From Acidobacteriota bacterium (GTDB lineage: Bacteria > Acidobacteriota > Vicinamibacteria > Vicinamibacterales > Vicinamibacteraceae): 64,000 bases of DNA. The notes beneath the pieces were generated by a model, which was not told the DNA's origin, made no database searches, and saw nothing but the letters and a program-made list of their open reading frames with translations. Below are positions 51,883 through 60,383 of this stretch, in pieces. The translations under genes were made by a program, and so were the position numbers. Each line of letters opens with the position of its first letter. Position 1 is the first letter of the stretch. Location: positions 8,904-72,903 of the forward strand of contig JAEZCY010000374.1 of NCBI GenBank assembly GCA_023429845.1, given 5' to 3'.

Positions 51883-53045
51883 GTCGCGGCTCCGAGTTCG
51901 TCGAGGGCGAGCACTTCGCCGCTGGCCAGCATGGCCAGGGGTGTCGTCCGCTCATGCAGCGGCCACGGCCGCCCGAGCGATTCGGCGCACCGCCGGAGCT
52001 TGCGCAGCAGGTGGTAGCGGAGCGGCCCATGCAGGGAGAAGCTGGACGTGAGTGCGAGCTGCTGCTCGCCAGCCCGGTCGTCGAGCGCCTCGAGCAGTGT
52101 CCGCCTCCGTTCCTCGTACCACTCGTCGTCGATCTTCCCGCGGGCATGCCGGCGACGCAGGAGCGCGAGCTGACGCGGACGGTTGACGATCTCCGGGTGG
52201 TGGTTCACGCCGAGGACGCGCGGCATCCCGTCGGCCGGGTCGCGTTCGACCTCCAGCATGGTGAGCGCGCGGCCGACCGGTCCGCCTACCCCGAGCGTTT
52301 CGTAAGCGATGGCCGACATGGAAGCGGGAAGTGGCGCCGACGGCAGGAGATCGTACAGGCGGCTGTCGAGCACGGCGATGCGGTGCGACGGGCCCGCCTG
52401 GTCGCTCAGGTGGCGGAACCACGGATGCGCCTGCGCCTCGCCGGTGAGCGCGTTCTCCATGATCCCCGCGCTCTTGCCGCCCTTCTCGGGTCCGCGCAGG
52501 TGCGCATCGGCGACGCCGAGCCAGCGGCACATCAGGCCGAAGGTGTGGCAGATGCCGAGCAGCACTCCCTCGGGATGGGCGCGCAGTCGGTCGAAGAGCC
52601 TGAAGACCTCGGGTTCCCAGGAGGGGTCCTCCGCCACCCCCTGGCTGGCTGGGTCGAGGCCGTCGTTCAGGCGGGGGTCGAGGTGACCCGGCCCGCCCGT
52701 GCCGATGCACAGCAACCCGGCATTGTCGTGCACCTGCGGCGCGCCGCCGGCCCGGCGCACGTCGTACGACGTGACGCGCACACGCAGGCCGGTGGTCTCG
52801 AGCGCCTGTCGCATGTCGCACACCACCTGACGCAGCGACCGCACCACCGCGGCGTGTCCGAGGTTGGGCCACCCGTGGTGCATGTCGAGTACGGCCACGT
52901 CCACCGCCAGGGGGTCGGCCCGCAGGCAGGCCTCACGCGTCTGCACGCGACGGTACTCGAAGCCGCTCGCCGCCTCGCGCGTCGGGCAGGCGGCGACACA
53001 GGCGTCGTGCCCGTGAACGTACTGGTGGCGGCAATCGAACGGCAC
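51879..53045 (-). CDS. Class I glutamine amidotransferase-like protein
   Basis: VLDM...PNLG, GTGGPG, nucleophile GICHTFGLM, DSRLY and NHHPE (Cys-His-Glu triad). GTGA overlap with the ligase start. Confidence 0.72.
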   Translation of the reverse strand: MPFDCRHQYVHGHDACVAACPTREAASGFEYRRVQTREACLRADPLAVDVAVLDMHHGWPNLGHAAVVRSLRQVVCDMRQALETTGLRVRVTSYDVRRAGGAPQVHDNAGLLCIGTGGPGHLDPRLNDGLDPASQGVAEDPSWEPEVFRLFDRLRAHPEGVLLGICHTFGLMCRWLGVADAHLRGPEKGGKSAGIMENALTGEAQAHPWFRHLSDQAGPSHRIAVLDSRLYDLLPSAPLPASMSAIAYETLGVGGPVGRALTMLEVERDPADGMPRVLGVNHHPEIVNRPRQLALLRRRHARGKIDDEWYEERRRTLLEALDDRAGEQQLALTSSFSLHGPLRYHLLRKLRRCAESLGRPWPLHERTTPLAMLASGEVLALDELGAAT

Positions 53046-53323
53046 GTCGTCTGGTGTCCTCAGGTCGTGGGCAGCATCGCGTCCGACTCGCGCGTTCGCA
53101 ACCGCTTCCGGTGCGGGGCGGAGCCGCCGCCTGGGCCGTCAAGGTCTCCGCGTGGGTCAGGTCGTGCTGCTTCGGGATACGACTCGGAGATCGTACAACC
53201 GGTTCGCCGCCGAGCGCACTGTCGCGTCGCATCGGGTCGTCTTCCGCCAGGGCGTGCCGGCGGGCAGCCAGCGGCCGGCGTCGCCCTGCTCCACTGGAAA
53301 GAAAGGGGCCGTCGGCCAGCTGG

Positions 53324-54046
53324 CTACGACTGGTCGGCAGCAGGTGTGTCGGCCAGAGCGGCGCGGAGCGCGTGTCGCGCGATCCAGCCGAGGATGGCGA
53401 GCACGAGAATCGACAGCCCGATGGTGACCAACACGGATCCGATCGCGTCGCGCCGGCTGAAGTCGAGCGAGGAGAGGTGCGACCCGGCCCGCACTGCGAC
53501 CGCGGTGCGCGGCGTGAGGCCGACGAGCGTGCCCACCAGGTACGGCGTCATGGGCACGTGGCCGGCGGCCATGGCGGCGTTGCTCAGCGCGAAAGGTGAA
53601 TTGGGCGGTAGCCGAATCAGCGCCACGACGAAGGTGGTGCGCCACGCCGACAGCCCGACCAGCGCGTTGCGGATGGCCAGCCACTTCGGCTTGTGGGACA
53701 GCACCTGCCGGGCATGCCCGACCGAGAGGCGGTGTGCCCAGGTGTAATTGATCGCTGACGCAAGCACGAAACCGGCAAGGGCGGCCGGCAGGCCGACGGC
53801 ATCGCCGAACGCCCAGCCGCCGACGATGGCGGGCGCGTATGTCGGGAGCAGCGCGAAGCCGCCCATCACCGAGAAGCCGACGACATACAGCGCGACGCCG
53901 CGCCATCCCTGCGATTGCAGCCACGGACCCAGCGCGGAGAGATACCCGAGCAGCAGGGCCGCACCGAGCGGCGGGAGCACGAGCGACACCACCGCCAGCG
54001 GCGCGAGCCGCCGCGCCGCGGTCCGGGCCGCCTCGTGTCCGGTCAT
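53324..54046 (-). CDS. TVP38/TMEM64 (VTT/DedA superfamily) membrane protein
   Basis: LLPTYAPAIVGGWAFG, ALIRLPPNSPF and YLVGTLVGLTP. Confidence 0.85.
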   Translation of the reverse strand: MTGHEAARTAARRLAPLAVVSLVLPPLGAALLLGYLSALGPWLQSQGWRGVALYVVGFSVMGGFALLPTYAPAIVGGWAFGDAVGLPAALAGFVLASAINYTWAHRLSVGHARQVLSHKPKWLAIRNALVGLSAWRTTFVVALIRLPPNSPFALSNAAMAAGHVPMTPYLVGTLVGLTPRTAVAVRAGSHLSSLDFSRRDAIGSVLVTIGLSILVLAILGWIARHALRAALADTPAADQS

Positions 54047-54125
54047 GCCGCCCGCCGATGCCCTTCAATCGGCCGGCGGTCGGCGTTGGCCGACGCGGCG
54101 AGGCAGGGAACGCGGAACGCCTGCG

Positions 54126-54785
54126 TCACGCCCGTCCGGTGGAATGCTTCCACCGCTTGTAGACCTCCCAGGCGAGGGGCAGCACGGACACGAAGATGAC
54201 CAGGAGGATGACGCGGTGGATCTGCTCGGCGAGTGGGCTCAGCCCGAGGAAATACCCGACCCAGAGCAGGCTCGTGACCCACAGCACGCCGCCGAAGACG
54301 TTGTAGAACACGAAGCTGCGATACGGCATCTGGGCGACGCCGGCGATGAAGGGCACGAACGTGCGCATCACCGGCACGAACCGGGCGATCACGAGAGAGC
54401 GTCCACCCTTGGTCGCATACAACTCCTGTGCTTCGTAGAGGTACTTCTTCTTGAAGAACCGCGTGTCGGGCCGACTGTAGATCGCACGCCCCGCACTCTT
54501 GCCAAGCCCGTAACCCACCTGATCCCCGATGATCGCCGCCGCCACCAGGAGGACGTTGGCCCACCAGATGTTGATCGCCGGCAGTCCCGGGAACGCACCG
54601 GCACAGACGACCCCGGCTGTCACGAGCAGCGAGTCGCCGGGGAGGAAGAACCCCGCGAGCAGGCCCGTTTCGGCAAAGACGATCGCGACGAGGATGCTCA
54701 ATCCGCCCCAGGCGATGAGGGCGCGTACCCCCTCGTCGCTGTGCAGGGTGCGCACCCAGTTCAGCAGCTCAGTAATCCATTCCAT
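54126..54785 (-). CDS. DedA family membrane protein
   Basis: IVFAETGL...FFLPGDSLLVTAG, GDQVGY and IARFVPVMRTFVPFIAG. Confidence 0.93.
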   Translation of the reverse strand: MEWITELLNWVRTLHSDEGVRALIAWGGLSILVAIVFAETGLLAGFFLPGDSLLVTAGVVCAGAFPGLPAINIWWANVLLVAAAIIGDQVGYGLGKSAGRAIYSRPDTRFFKKKYLYEAQELYATKGGRSLVIARFVPVMRTFVPFIAGVAQMPYRSFVFYNVFGGVLWVTSLLWVGYFLGLSPLAEQIHRVILLVIFVSVLPLAWEVYKRWKHSTGRA

Positions 54786-54942
54786 GCAGTTCAGTCGGGA
54801 GGGGCCGGTTGCGGAGCCTCGACCGTGCCCAGACGTCAAGGATAGAGGAAGCGCTGTGAAAGGCGAAAAGGTCGACTCCGCCCCGACGCGTCACTGCCGA
54901 CGAGGGGTGAGGCGGTAAACTGTCGCGCGACAGGGAGTTGCC

Positions 54943-55437
54943 GTGACCACGCCCGATCAGCTGCAGCCCGTTGCCACCGAAGCCGTCATGGCCGAGGTGC
55001 GTGCCCGCGTCCAGGCGACGGTGCGCGCCAGGCTCGTGCGCGGAGGGGTCCGCGAGTTCGAAGACGAGGCCACCTTTGCGGCGGCCGAGGCCCTGCTCGA
55101 GCGTGCGTTGCAGCAGAGCGACAGGCAGTCGCTCCTGCTGCCAGAACTGCTCGACGATGAGGGGGAGTGGCGGGTGAATCCCTCGCTCCGGCTCGCGAGC
55201 CATCGGCCCGTCGCGGGCGGCGTGATCGTCTGGCTGAAGCAACGGCTGCTGCTGCCGGTCACGCGCTGGCTGTACGACTACAGCCGGGAGAATTTCGCGC
55301 GCCAGGAGCGCCTCGATTTCGTCCTGATGGCCTGCCTGCAGCAGCTCGCGGTGGAGAACGCCCGCCTGACGGCTCGCCTCGACGCCCTGGAACGCCGTGA
55401 CGCTGCCGTGGTCGCGCCGGAGACCGGACGACCGTGA
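54943..55437 (+). CDS. Hypothetical protein with C-terminal coiled coil
   Basis: GGGAG SD, GTG start, typical codon usage, GTGA overlap with the glycosyltransferase; SHRPVAG...KQR...ENFARQE. Confidence 0.75.
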   Translation: MTTPDQLQPVATEAVMAEVRARVQATVRARLVRGGVREFEDEATFAAAEALLERALQQSDRQSLLLPELLDDEGEWRVNPSLRLASHRPVAGGVIVWLKQRLLLPVTRWLYDYSRENFARQERLDFVLMACLQQLAVENARLTARLDALERRDAAVVAPETGRP

Positions 55438-56624
55438 AACTCGCCTGCGTCGTCCAGCGGTACGGCCCTGACGTCACTGGTGGTGCCGAAGCGCATTGCC
55501 GCGCGATTGCCGAGCGCCTGGCCGAGACGCACGACGTGACGGTGCTGACGAGCTGTGCCAGGGACTACCTGACCTGGCGCAACGTGTACCCGCCAGGCGA
55601 CAGCCAGTTGGGCCGCGTCAGGATCAAGCGCTTCCCCGTCACGCATCCGCGCCATCTGCATCATTTCGCGGACCTGAGCCACGAGGTGCTCGGGCGCAGG
55701 TCCTCGACCGAACGTCAGCGCGCCTGGTTCGAGGAGAACGGGCCGACCGTGCCGTCGCTCCTCGAGCACCTGCGCGCGGAAGGCACGTCGTACGACCTCG
55801 TGCTCTTCTGGTCCTACCGCTACTACCCCAGCTTCTTCGGGCTCCCCATCGTCCGTGACCGCGCGATCCTCGTGCCCACGGCCGAGGAGGACCCGACCGT
55901 CCGGCTCGACGTGCTGGGCGACTTCTTCACGTTGCCGGCCGGTTACGTGTTCCTCACCGAGGAAGAGCGGGACCTGGTGGCGGGCCGGGCAAAAGGGCCG
56001 CTGCCGCCCTCCTGCGTCATCGGATCCGGGCTCGGCCCCGCCGAACTGCCGCACCCCGAACTGCGCGGTGAACTCGAGAACATGGGCGTGAGCTTTCCCT
56101 ACGCCCTGTACCTCGGACGCGTCGAACGGAACAAGGGTTGCGACACGATGTTCCGCCACTACATGCGGTACGTCGAGGAGGGACGGCCAGACCTCCCGCT
56201 CGTGCTCGCGGGCCCGGAGTTCATGGAGATTCCGAGTCACCGGCAGATCCGGCCGCTGGGCTTCGTGCCCGAGCACCTGCGCGAAACGCTGCTCGGCAGC
56301 GCGAGGACGCTGATCATGCCGTCGCCGTACGAGAGCCTGAGCCTCGTGCTGCTCGAGGCGTGGAACCACGGCGTGCCGGCGCTGGTCAACGGCGGCTGCA
56401 AGGTGCTGAAGGGCCAGATGCTGCGCGCCAACGGCGGCTTGTACTACAACCACGCGAACGAGTTCGTGGAGGCCCTCACGTTGCTGGCCACCGACGAGGA
56501 CCTCGCCATCCGCTTCGGCGCCCAGGGCCGGACGCACGTCGAAACCTGGTATCGCTGGCCGCGCGTGCTGGCGACGCTCGAGCCGTTCCTCGCATCGGTG
56601 GCCGAGGCGCGACCGCGTCCGTAG
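55434..56624 (+). CDS. Glycosyltransferase family 4
   Basis: VQRYG..VTGGAE, YLGRVERNKG and MPSPYESLSLVLLEAW (E-x7-E). Confidence 0.93.
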   Translation: MKLACVVQRYGPDVTGGAEAHCRAIAERLAETHDVTVLTSCARDYLTWRNVYPPGDSQLGRVRIKRFPVTHPRHLHHFADLSHEVLGRRSSTERQRAWFEENGPTVPSLLEHLRAEGTSYDLVLFWSYRYYPSFFGLPIVRDRAILVPTAEEDPTVRLDVLGDFFTLPAGYVFLTEEERDLVAGRAKGPLPPSCVIGSGLGPAELPHPELRGELENMGVSFPYALYLGRVERNKGCDTMFRHYMRYVEEGRPDLPLVLAGPEFMEIPSHRQIRPLGFVPEHLRETLLGSARTLIMPSPYESLSLVLLEAWNHGVPALVNGGCKVLKGQMLRANGGLYYNHANEFVEALTLLATDEDLAIRFGAQGRTHVETWYRWPRVLATLEPFLASVAEARPRP

Positions 56625-56636
56625 CCGTCGCCCCCG

Positions 56637-58103
56637 ATGCCCTTCACCCCCGATCCGGCGCTCGCCGCGCGCGTGTTTCCACCCGGGCACCGGAATCCGG
56701 AGCCGGCCGCGAGGTACGACCTCGTGGTCATCGGCGCGGGGACGGCGGGGCTCGTCTGTGCGGCGGGAGCCGCGGGCCTCGGGGCGAAGGTGGCGCTCGT
56801 GGAGCGCCGTGCCCTCGGCGGCGACTGCCTCAACGTGGGATGCGTGCCGTCGAAGGCGCTCATCCGGGCCGCCACCGCGGCACACGCCGTGCGGAACGCC
56901 AGCGGGTTCGGCGTGCACGCGCACATCGACCGCATCGACTTCGGTGAGGTGATGGCGCGGGTGCGCAGCGTCCGGCTGGCGATCAGCCCGCACGATTCGG
57001 TGGCGCGCTTCGCGTCGCTGGGTGTTGACGTGTTCCTCGGTGAGTGCCGGTTCGCCGGCCGGAGGGCTGCCACCGTCGGAGGCGCCACTCTGCGATTCCG
57101 GCGTGCCGTGATCGCCACGGGTGGCCGGCCCGCGCTTCCCGACATTCCCGGTCTCGCCGACGCGTCCCCCCTGTCCAACGAATCGGTGTTCGAGCTAGGC
57201 GATCAGCCGCGGCGTCTGCTCGTGCTGGGCGGTGGCCCGGTCGGCTGCGAACTCGCGCAGGCGTTCCAGCGGCTCGGAACGGAGGTGACGCTCGTGCAGT
57301 CGGGGGAGACCCTGCTCACGAGGGAGTCCGGTCATGCGGCCGCGATCGTGCGCGCCGCGCTCGAGGCCGACGGCGCGCGCGTGTACCCGTCCAGCCGGGT
57401 CTCGCGCGTCGAGCCAGGCCAGCCGCACCGCGTACATCTGGAGACGCCGGTGCGATCCCTCGTGGTCGATGTGGATCGCATCCTCGTCGGCACGGGCCGG
57501 CTGGCCAACATCGAGACGCTGGCGCTGCACGAGGCGGGTGTCGCCGCCTCCCGCACCGGAGTCACCGTGGATCGCTACCTGCGCACGTCGAATCCGGCGA
57601 TCTACGCGGCTGGCGACGTGTGCCTGCCGCAGCACTTCACGCACGCCGCCGACGCCAGTGCGCGTGCGGCGCTCCAGAATGCGCTGTTCCTCGGCCGCAA
57701 GCGTGTGCCGGCGACGTCGATCCCGCGCTGCACGTACACGGACCCGGAAGTCGCTCACGTCGGCGAGGGACCCGATGGCGATGGCGTCGCCACGTTCTCG
57801 GTGGAGTGGGCCGATGTGGATCGCGCGCGGATCGACGGCGACACCGTGGGCGGCGTGCATGTGTACGCGCGCGCCGGCCGCATCGTCGGTGGCAGCGTGA
57901 TCGGCCGCCTGGCGGGCGACCTGATCGGCGAGTTGGCCGTGCTCGCCGCCCGCCGCGTGCGCTTGTCGGAACTCGCCGGAATCGTGCATCCCTACCCGAC
58001 GCATGCGGAAGCGATTCGCAGAACGGGCGACATCTACAACCGGACGCGACTCACGCCGCTCGCGCGGACGTTCGCTGAACGGTTCCTCGCATGGCGGCGG
58101 TAG
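56637..58103 (+). CDS. Pyridine nucleotide-disulfide oxidoreductase (dihydrolipoamide dehydrogenase/MerA-like family)
   Basis: GAGTAG, GGDCLNVGCVPSK redox disulfide, GGGPVG, YAAGD and HPYPTHAE. Confidence 0.92.
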   Translation: MPFTPDPALAARVFPPGHRNPEPAARYDLVVIGAGTAGLVCAAGAAGLGAKVALVERRALGGDCLNVGCVPSKALIRAATAAHAVRNASGFGVHAHIDRIDFGEVMARVRSVRLAISPHDSVARFASLGVDVFLGECRFAGRRAATVGGATLRFRRAVIATGGRPALPDIPGLADASPLSNESVFELGDQPRRLLVLGGGPVGCELAQAFQRLGTEVTLVQSGETLLTRESGHAAAIVRAALEADGARVYPSSRVSRVEPGQPHRVHLETPVRSLVVDVDRILVGTGRLANIETLALHEAGVAASRTGVTVDRYLRTSNPAIYAAGDVCLPQHFTHAADASARAALQNALFLGRKRVPATSIPRCTYTDPEVAHVGEGPDGDGVATFSVEWADVDRARIDGDTVGGVHVYARAGRIVGGSVIGRLAGDLIGELAVLAARRVRLSELAGIVHPYPTHAEAIRRTGDIYNRTRLTPLARTFAERFLAWRR

Positions 58104-58798
58104 GACGCCGCACCGCCCTGCGTGCGCTGGGCCTCGGCGTGCCGATGCTCGCCGCGGTCTTCGTCGCGATGCACGGCGAGCTGATTCCGGCGCTGGTCGC
58201 ATGGGTGCAGGCGCGAGGCGTGCTGGCGCCCTTCGTTTACGGCGCGCTGTATGCATGCGCGGTGCCGATGCTCGTGCCCGGGTCCGTCATGACGCTGGCG
58301 GCCGGGGCGCTGTTCGGCCTCTGGCCCGGGGTGCCGGTCGTCTTCTGCGGTGCGCTGGCCGGCTCGTCGCTCGCGTTCCTCGTGTCTCGCTACTTCGCAC
58401 GGCCCTGGTTCACTGCCTGGGCTGCGGCGCATCCCCGGTACGAGGCGGTGGACCGCGCTGTGGCGAGCGACGGCGTCCGCATCGTGTTCCTGCTGCGGCT
58501 CACGCCGCTGATCCCGTTCACGGTGCTCAACTACCTGCTGGGCGTGACGCGCATTCGCTGGCGCGACATGGCGCTGGCCTCGCCGGGCATGCTGCCGGGG
58601 ACCGTCCTGTACGTCTACTACGGGCACGTCATCGGCGACGTTGCGGCGATCGCTGCGGGGGCGCGGCCGCCGCGCACCGCTGCGCAGTACGCGTGGCTCG
58701 CCGCCGGCCTGGTCGCGGCTGCCCTCGTGGCCTGGCACGTCTCGGTGGTCGCGCGCCGTGCGCTGGCGGCCGCCGGCGATGGCCCGCGAAAGGCGTGA
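58091..58798 (+). CDS. TVP38/TMEM64 (VTT/DedA superfamily) membrane protein
   Basis: VPGSVMTLAAGALFG, LLRLTPLIPFTVLNY and GMLPGTVLYVYYG. Confidence 0.9.
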   Translation: MAAVGRRTALRALGLGVPMLAAVFVAMHGELIPALVAWVQARGVLAPFVYGALYACAVPMLVPGSVMTLAAGALFGLWPGVPVVFCGALAGSSLAFLVSRYFARPWFTAWAAAHPRYEAVDRAVASDGVRIVFLLRLTPLIPFTVLNYLLGVTRIRWRDMALASPGMLPGTVLYVYYGHVIGDVAAIAAGARPPRTAAQYAWLAAGLVAAALVAWHVSVVARRALAAAGDGPRKA

Positions 58799-58813
58799 AA
58801 TACTCTCCCGGCG

Positions 58814-60271
58814 ATGGCTGCATTCGCGCCCGAGTACGTCGAGCTGGTCCTGAACGACATCTTCGAGGATGCCAAGCGGCTCTTCCTCTCGCAGATGCGC
58901 GCGATCGACTACGCGCATCTGGTGATGCTGACCGATCAGGGCATCGTCGCGCGCGCCGATGCACGCCTCCTTCGGGGCGGACTCGACGGCATCGACGAGT
59001 CACAGGTCCGCGCCGTGGCCTACGACGGCACCTACGAGGACCTGTTCTTCTACCTGGAGCAGGCACTGATCGACGCCTGCGGCCACGACATCGCCGGCCG
59101 TCTGCACACCGCTCGAAGCCGCAACGACATCGACATGACGATGTATCGCATGCGGCTGCGGGAGGTGCTGCTCGCCACGTGTGGCGCGGTGGAGGAGTTG
59201 CGCCGGTCGCTGCTCTCGCTCGCGGGGCAGCATGTCCACACCGTGTACGCTGCCCACACGCACACCCAGCCCGCCCAGCCGACGACCGTCGCGCATTACC
59301 TGCTCGCCGTCGTCGAGCAGCTCGGGCGCGATCACGCGAGGCTGCGCGCGGCGTACGCGAGCGTGAATCGCAATCCGCTCGGCGCCTGCGCCATCACGGG
59401 CACGGGCTTCCCGATCGACCGTGAACGCACGAGCACGCTGCTCGGCTTCGACGGACCCACGGGAAACACCTACGGGAGCATCGCGACCGTGGACTACCTG
59501 CTCGAATCCACGAGCGCGCTGTCTGTGGCGCTCGTGGGGCTGGGGCGGTTCGTCCAGGACCTGATGTTGTGGTGCACCGCGGAGTTCGGTTACCTCCGCC
59601 TCTCTGACGGGTATGTGCAGTGCAGCAGCATCATGCCGCAGAAGCGCAACCCGGTGGCGCTCGAGCATGCCCGCGCGCTCGGCAGCAAGGCGCTCGGACA
59701 GGCGCAGGCGGTGTCCACGACGGTGCACAACACGCCCTTCGGCGACATCGTGGACACCGAGGACGACCTCCAGCCACTGGTGGCCAACGCCTTTCGCGAT
59801 GCCATCCGCGCGATCCGACTCGTCGCGGGGGCGATGTCACAGGCGACGTTCGACGTGGGGCGGATGGCGGCACGGGCGGCCGATGGCGGCACGACGGTCA
59901 CCGAGCTCGCAGACACCTTGGCGCGCACGCACGCGCTGCCGTTCCGCGTCAGCCACGAGGTGGCCGCGCGCTTCGTCGCAGAGCGCCGGCACTCGCCGGC
60001 GGCACCTCTGGTGGACTCGCTCGCGGCAGCGACAACGGCGGTGCTGGGACGGGTGCTGCCGTACACGGAGGAAGCGCTGCAGTACGTGCTCAGCCCGCAG
60101 CACTTCATCGAGGTGCGGCAGACGCTCGGCGGTCCTGCGCCGTCGCGGGCCACTGCGGCGATCGCCGAGGCCGCCGCGCTCCTCGACGCGGACTGCGCGT
60201 GGACCTCGGGTCGTGTCGGCCTGCTTCGCGAGGCCGAGCAGCGTCGGCGGGATGCGGTGGAGGCTCTGTGA
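58814..60271 (+). CDS. argH: Argininosuccinate lyase
   Basis: LHTARSRNDID, HTHTQPAQP, PLGACAITGT and SSIMPQKRNP fumarase-superfamily signature. Confidence 0.9.
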   Translation: MAAFAPEYVELVLNDIFEDAKRLFLSQMRAIDYAHLVMLTDQGIVARADARLLRGGLDGIDESQVRAVAYDGTYEDLFFYLEQALIDACGHDIAGRLHTARSRNDIDMTMYRMRLREVLLATCGAVEELRRSLLSLAGQHVHTVYAAHTHTQPAQPTTVAHYLLAVVEQLGRDHARLRAAYASVNRNPLGACAITGTGFPIDRERTSTLLGFDGPTGNTYGSIATVDYLLESTSALSVALVGLGRFVQDLMLWCTAEFGYLRLSDGYVQCSSIMPQKRNPVALEHARALGSKALGQAQAVSTTVHNTPFGDIVDTEDDLQPLVANAFRDAIRAIRLVAGAMSQATFDVGRMAARAADGGTTVTELADTLARTHALPFRVSHEVAARFVAERRHSPAAPLVDSLAAATTAVLGRVLPYTEEALQYVLSPQHFIEVRQTLGGPAPSRATAAIAEAAALLDADCAWTSGRVGLLREAEQRRRDAVEAL

Positions 60272-60381
60272 CGAGAGTTGAAGACAGTCGGAAGGTGCGC
60301 GCCGCCGCGGTGAAGGTGGTCGCGGTGGAGCTCGTCACCCTGCTGGCGCTGTACGCGCTCCAGCAGGCCTTCACGCCCTAG
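60268..60381 (+). CDS. 37-aa single-TM small protein upstream of the sodium:solute symporter
   Basis: GTG overlaps the argH TGA and follows [42 protein letters not shown]. Stop lies 2 nt before the symporter ATG. Confidence 0.7.
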   Translation: MTRVEDSRKVRAAAVKVVAVELVTLLALYALQQAFTP

Positions 60382-60383
60382 CC

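Noticed and set aside
47329..53045. Single operon joining GATase/PGM1 with SDR-GH88-J as one biosynthetic cluster
   Set aside because: A near-consensus TAGAAT 6 nt before the SDR ATG suggests a separate transcription start, and GH88/SDR fit sugar catabolism.
56637..58103. True mercuric reductase merA
   Set aside because: No N-terminal HMA domain, no C-terminal Cys-Cys pair and no mer operon genes.
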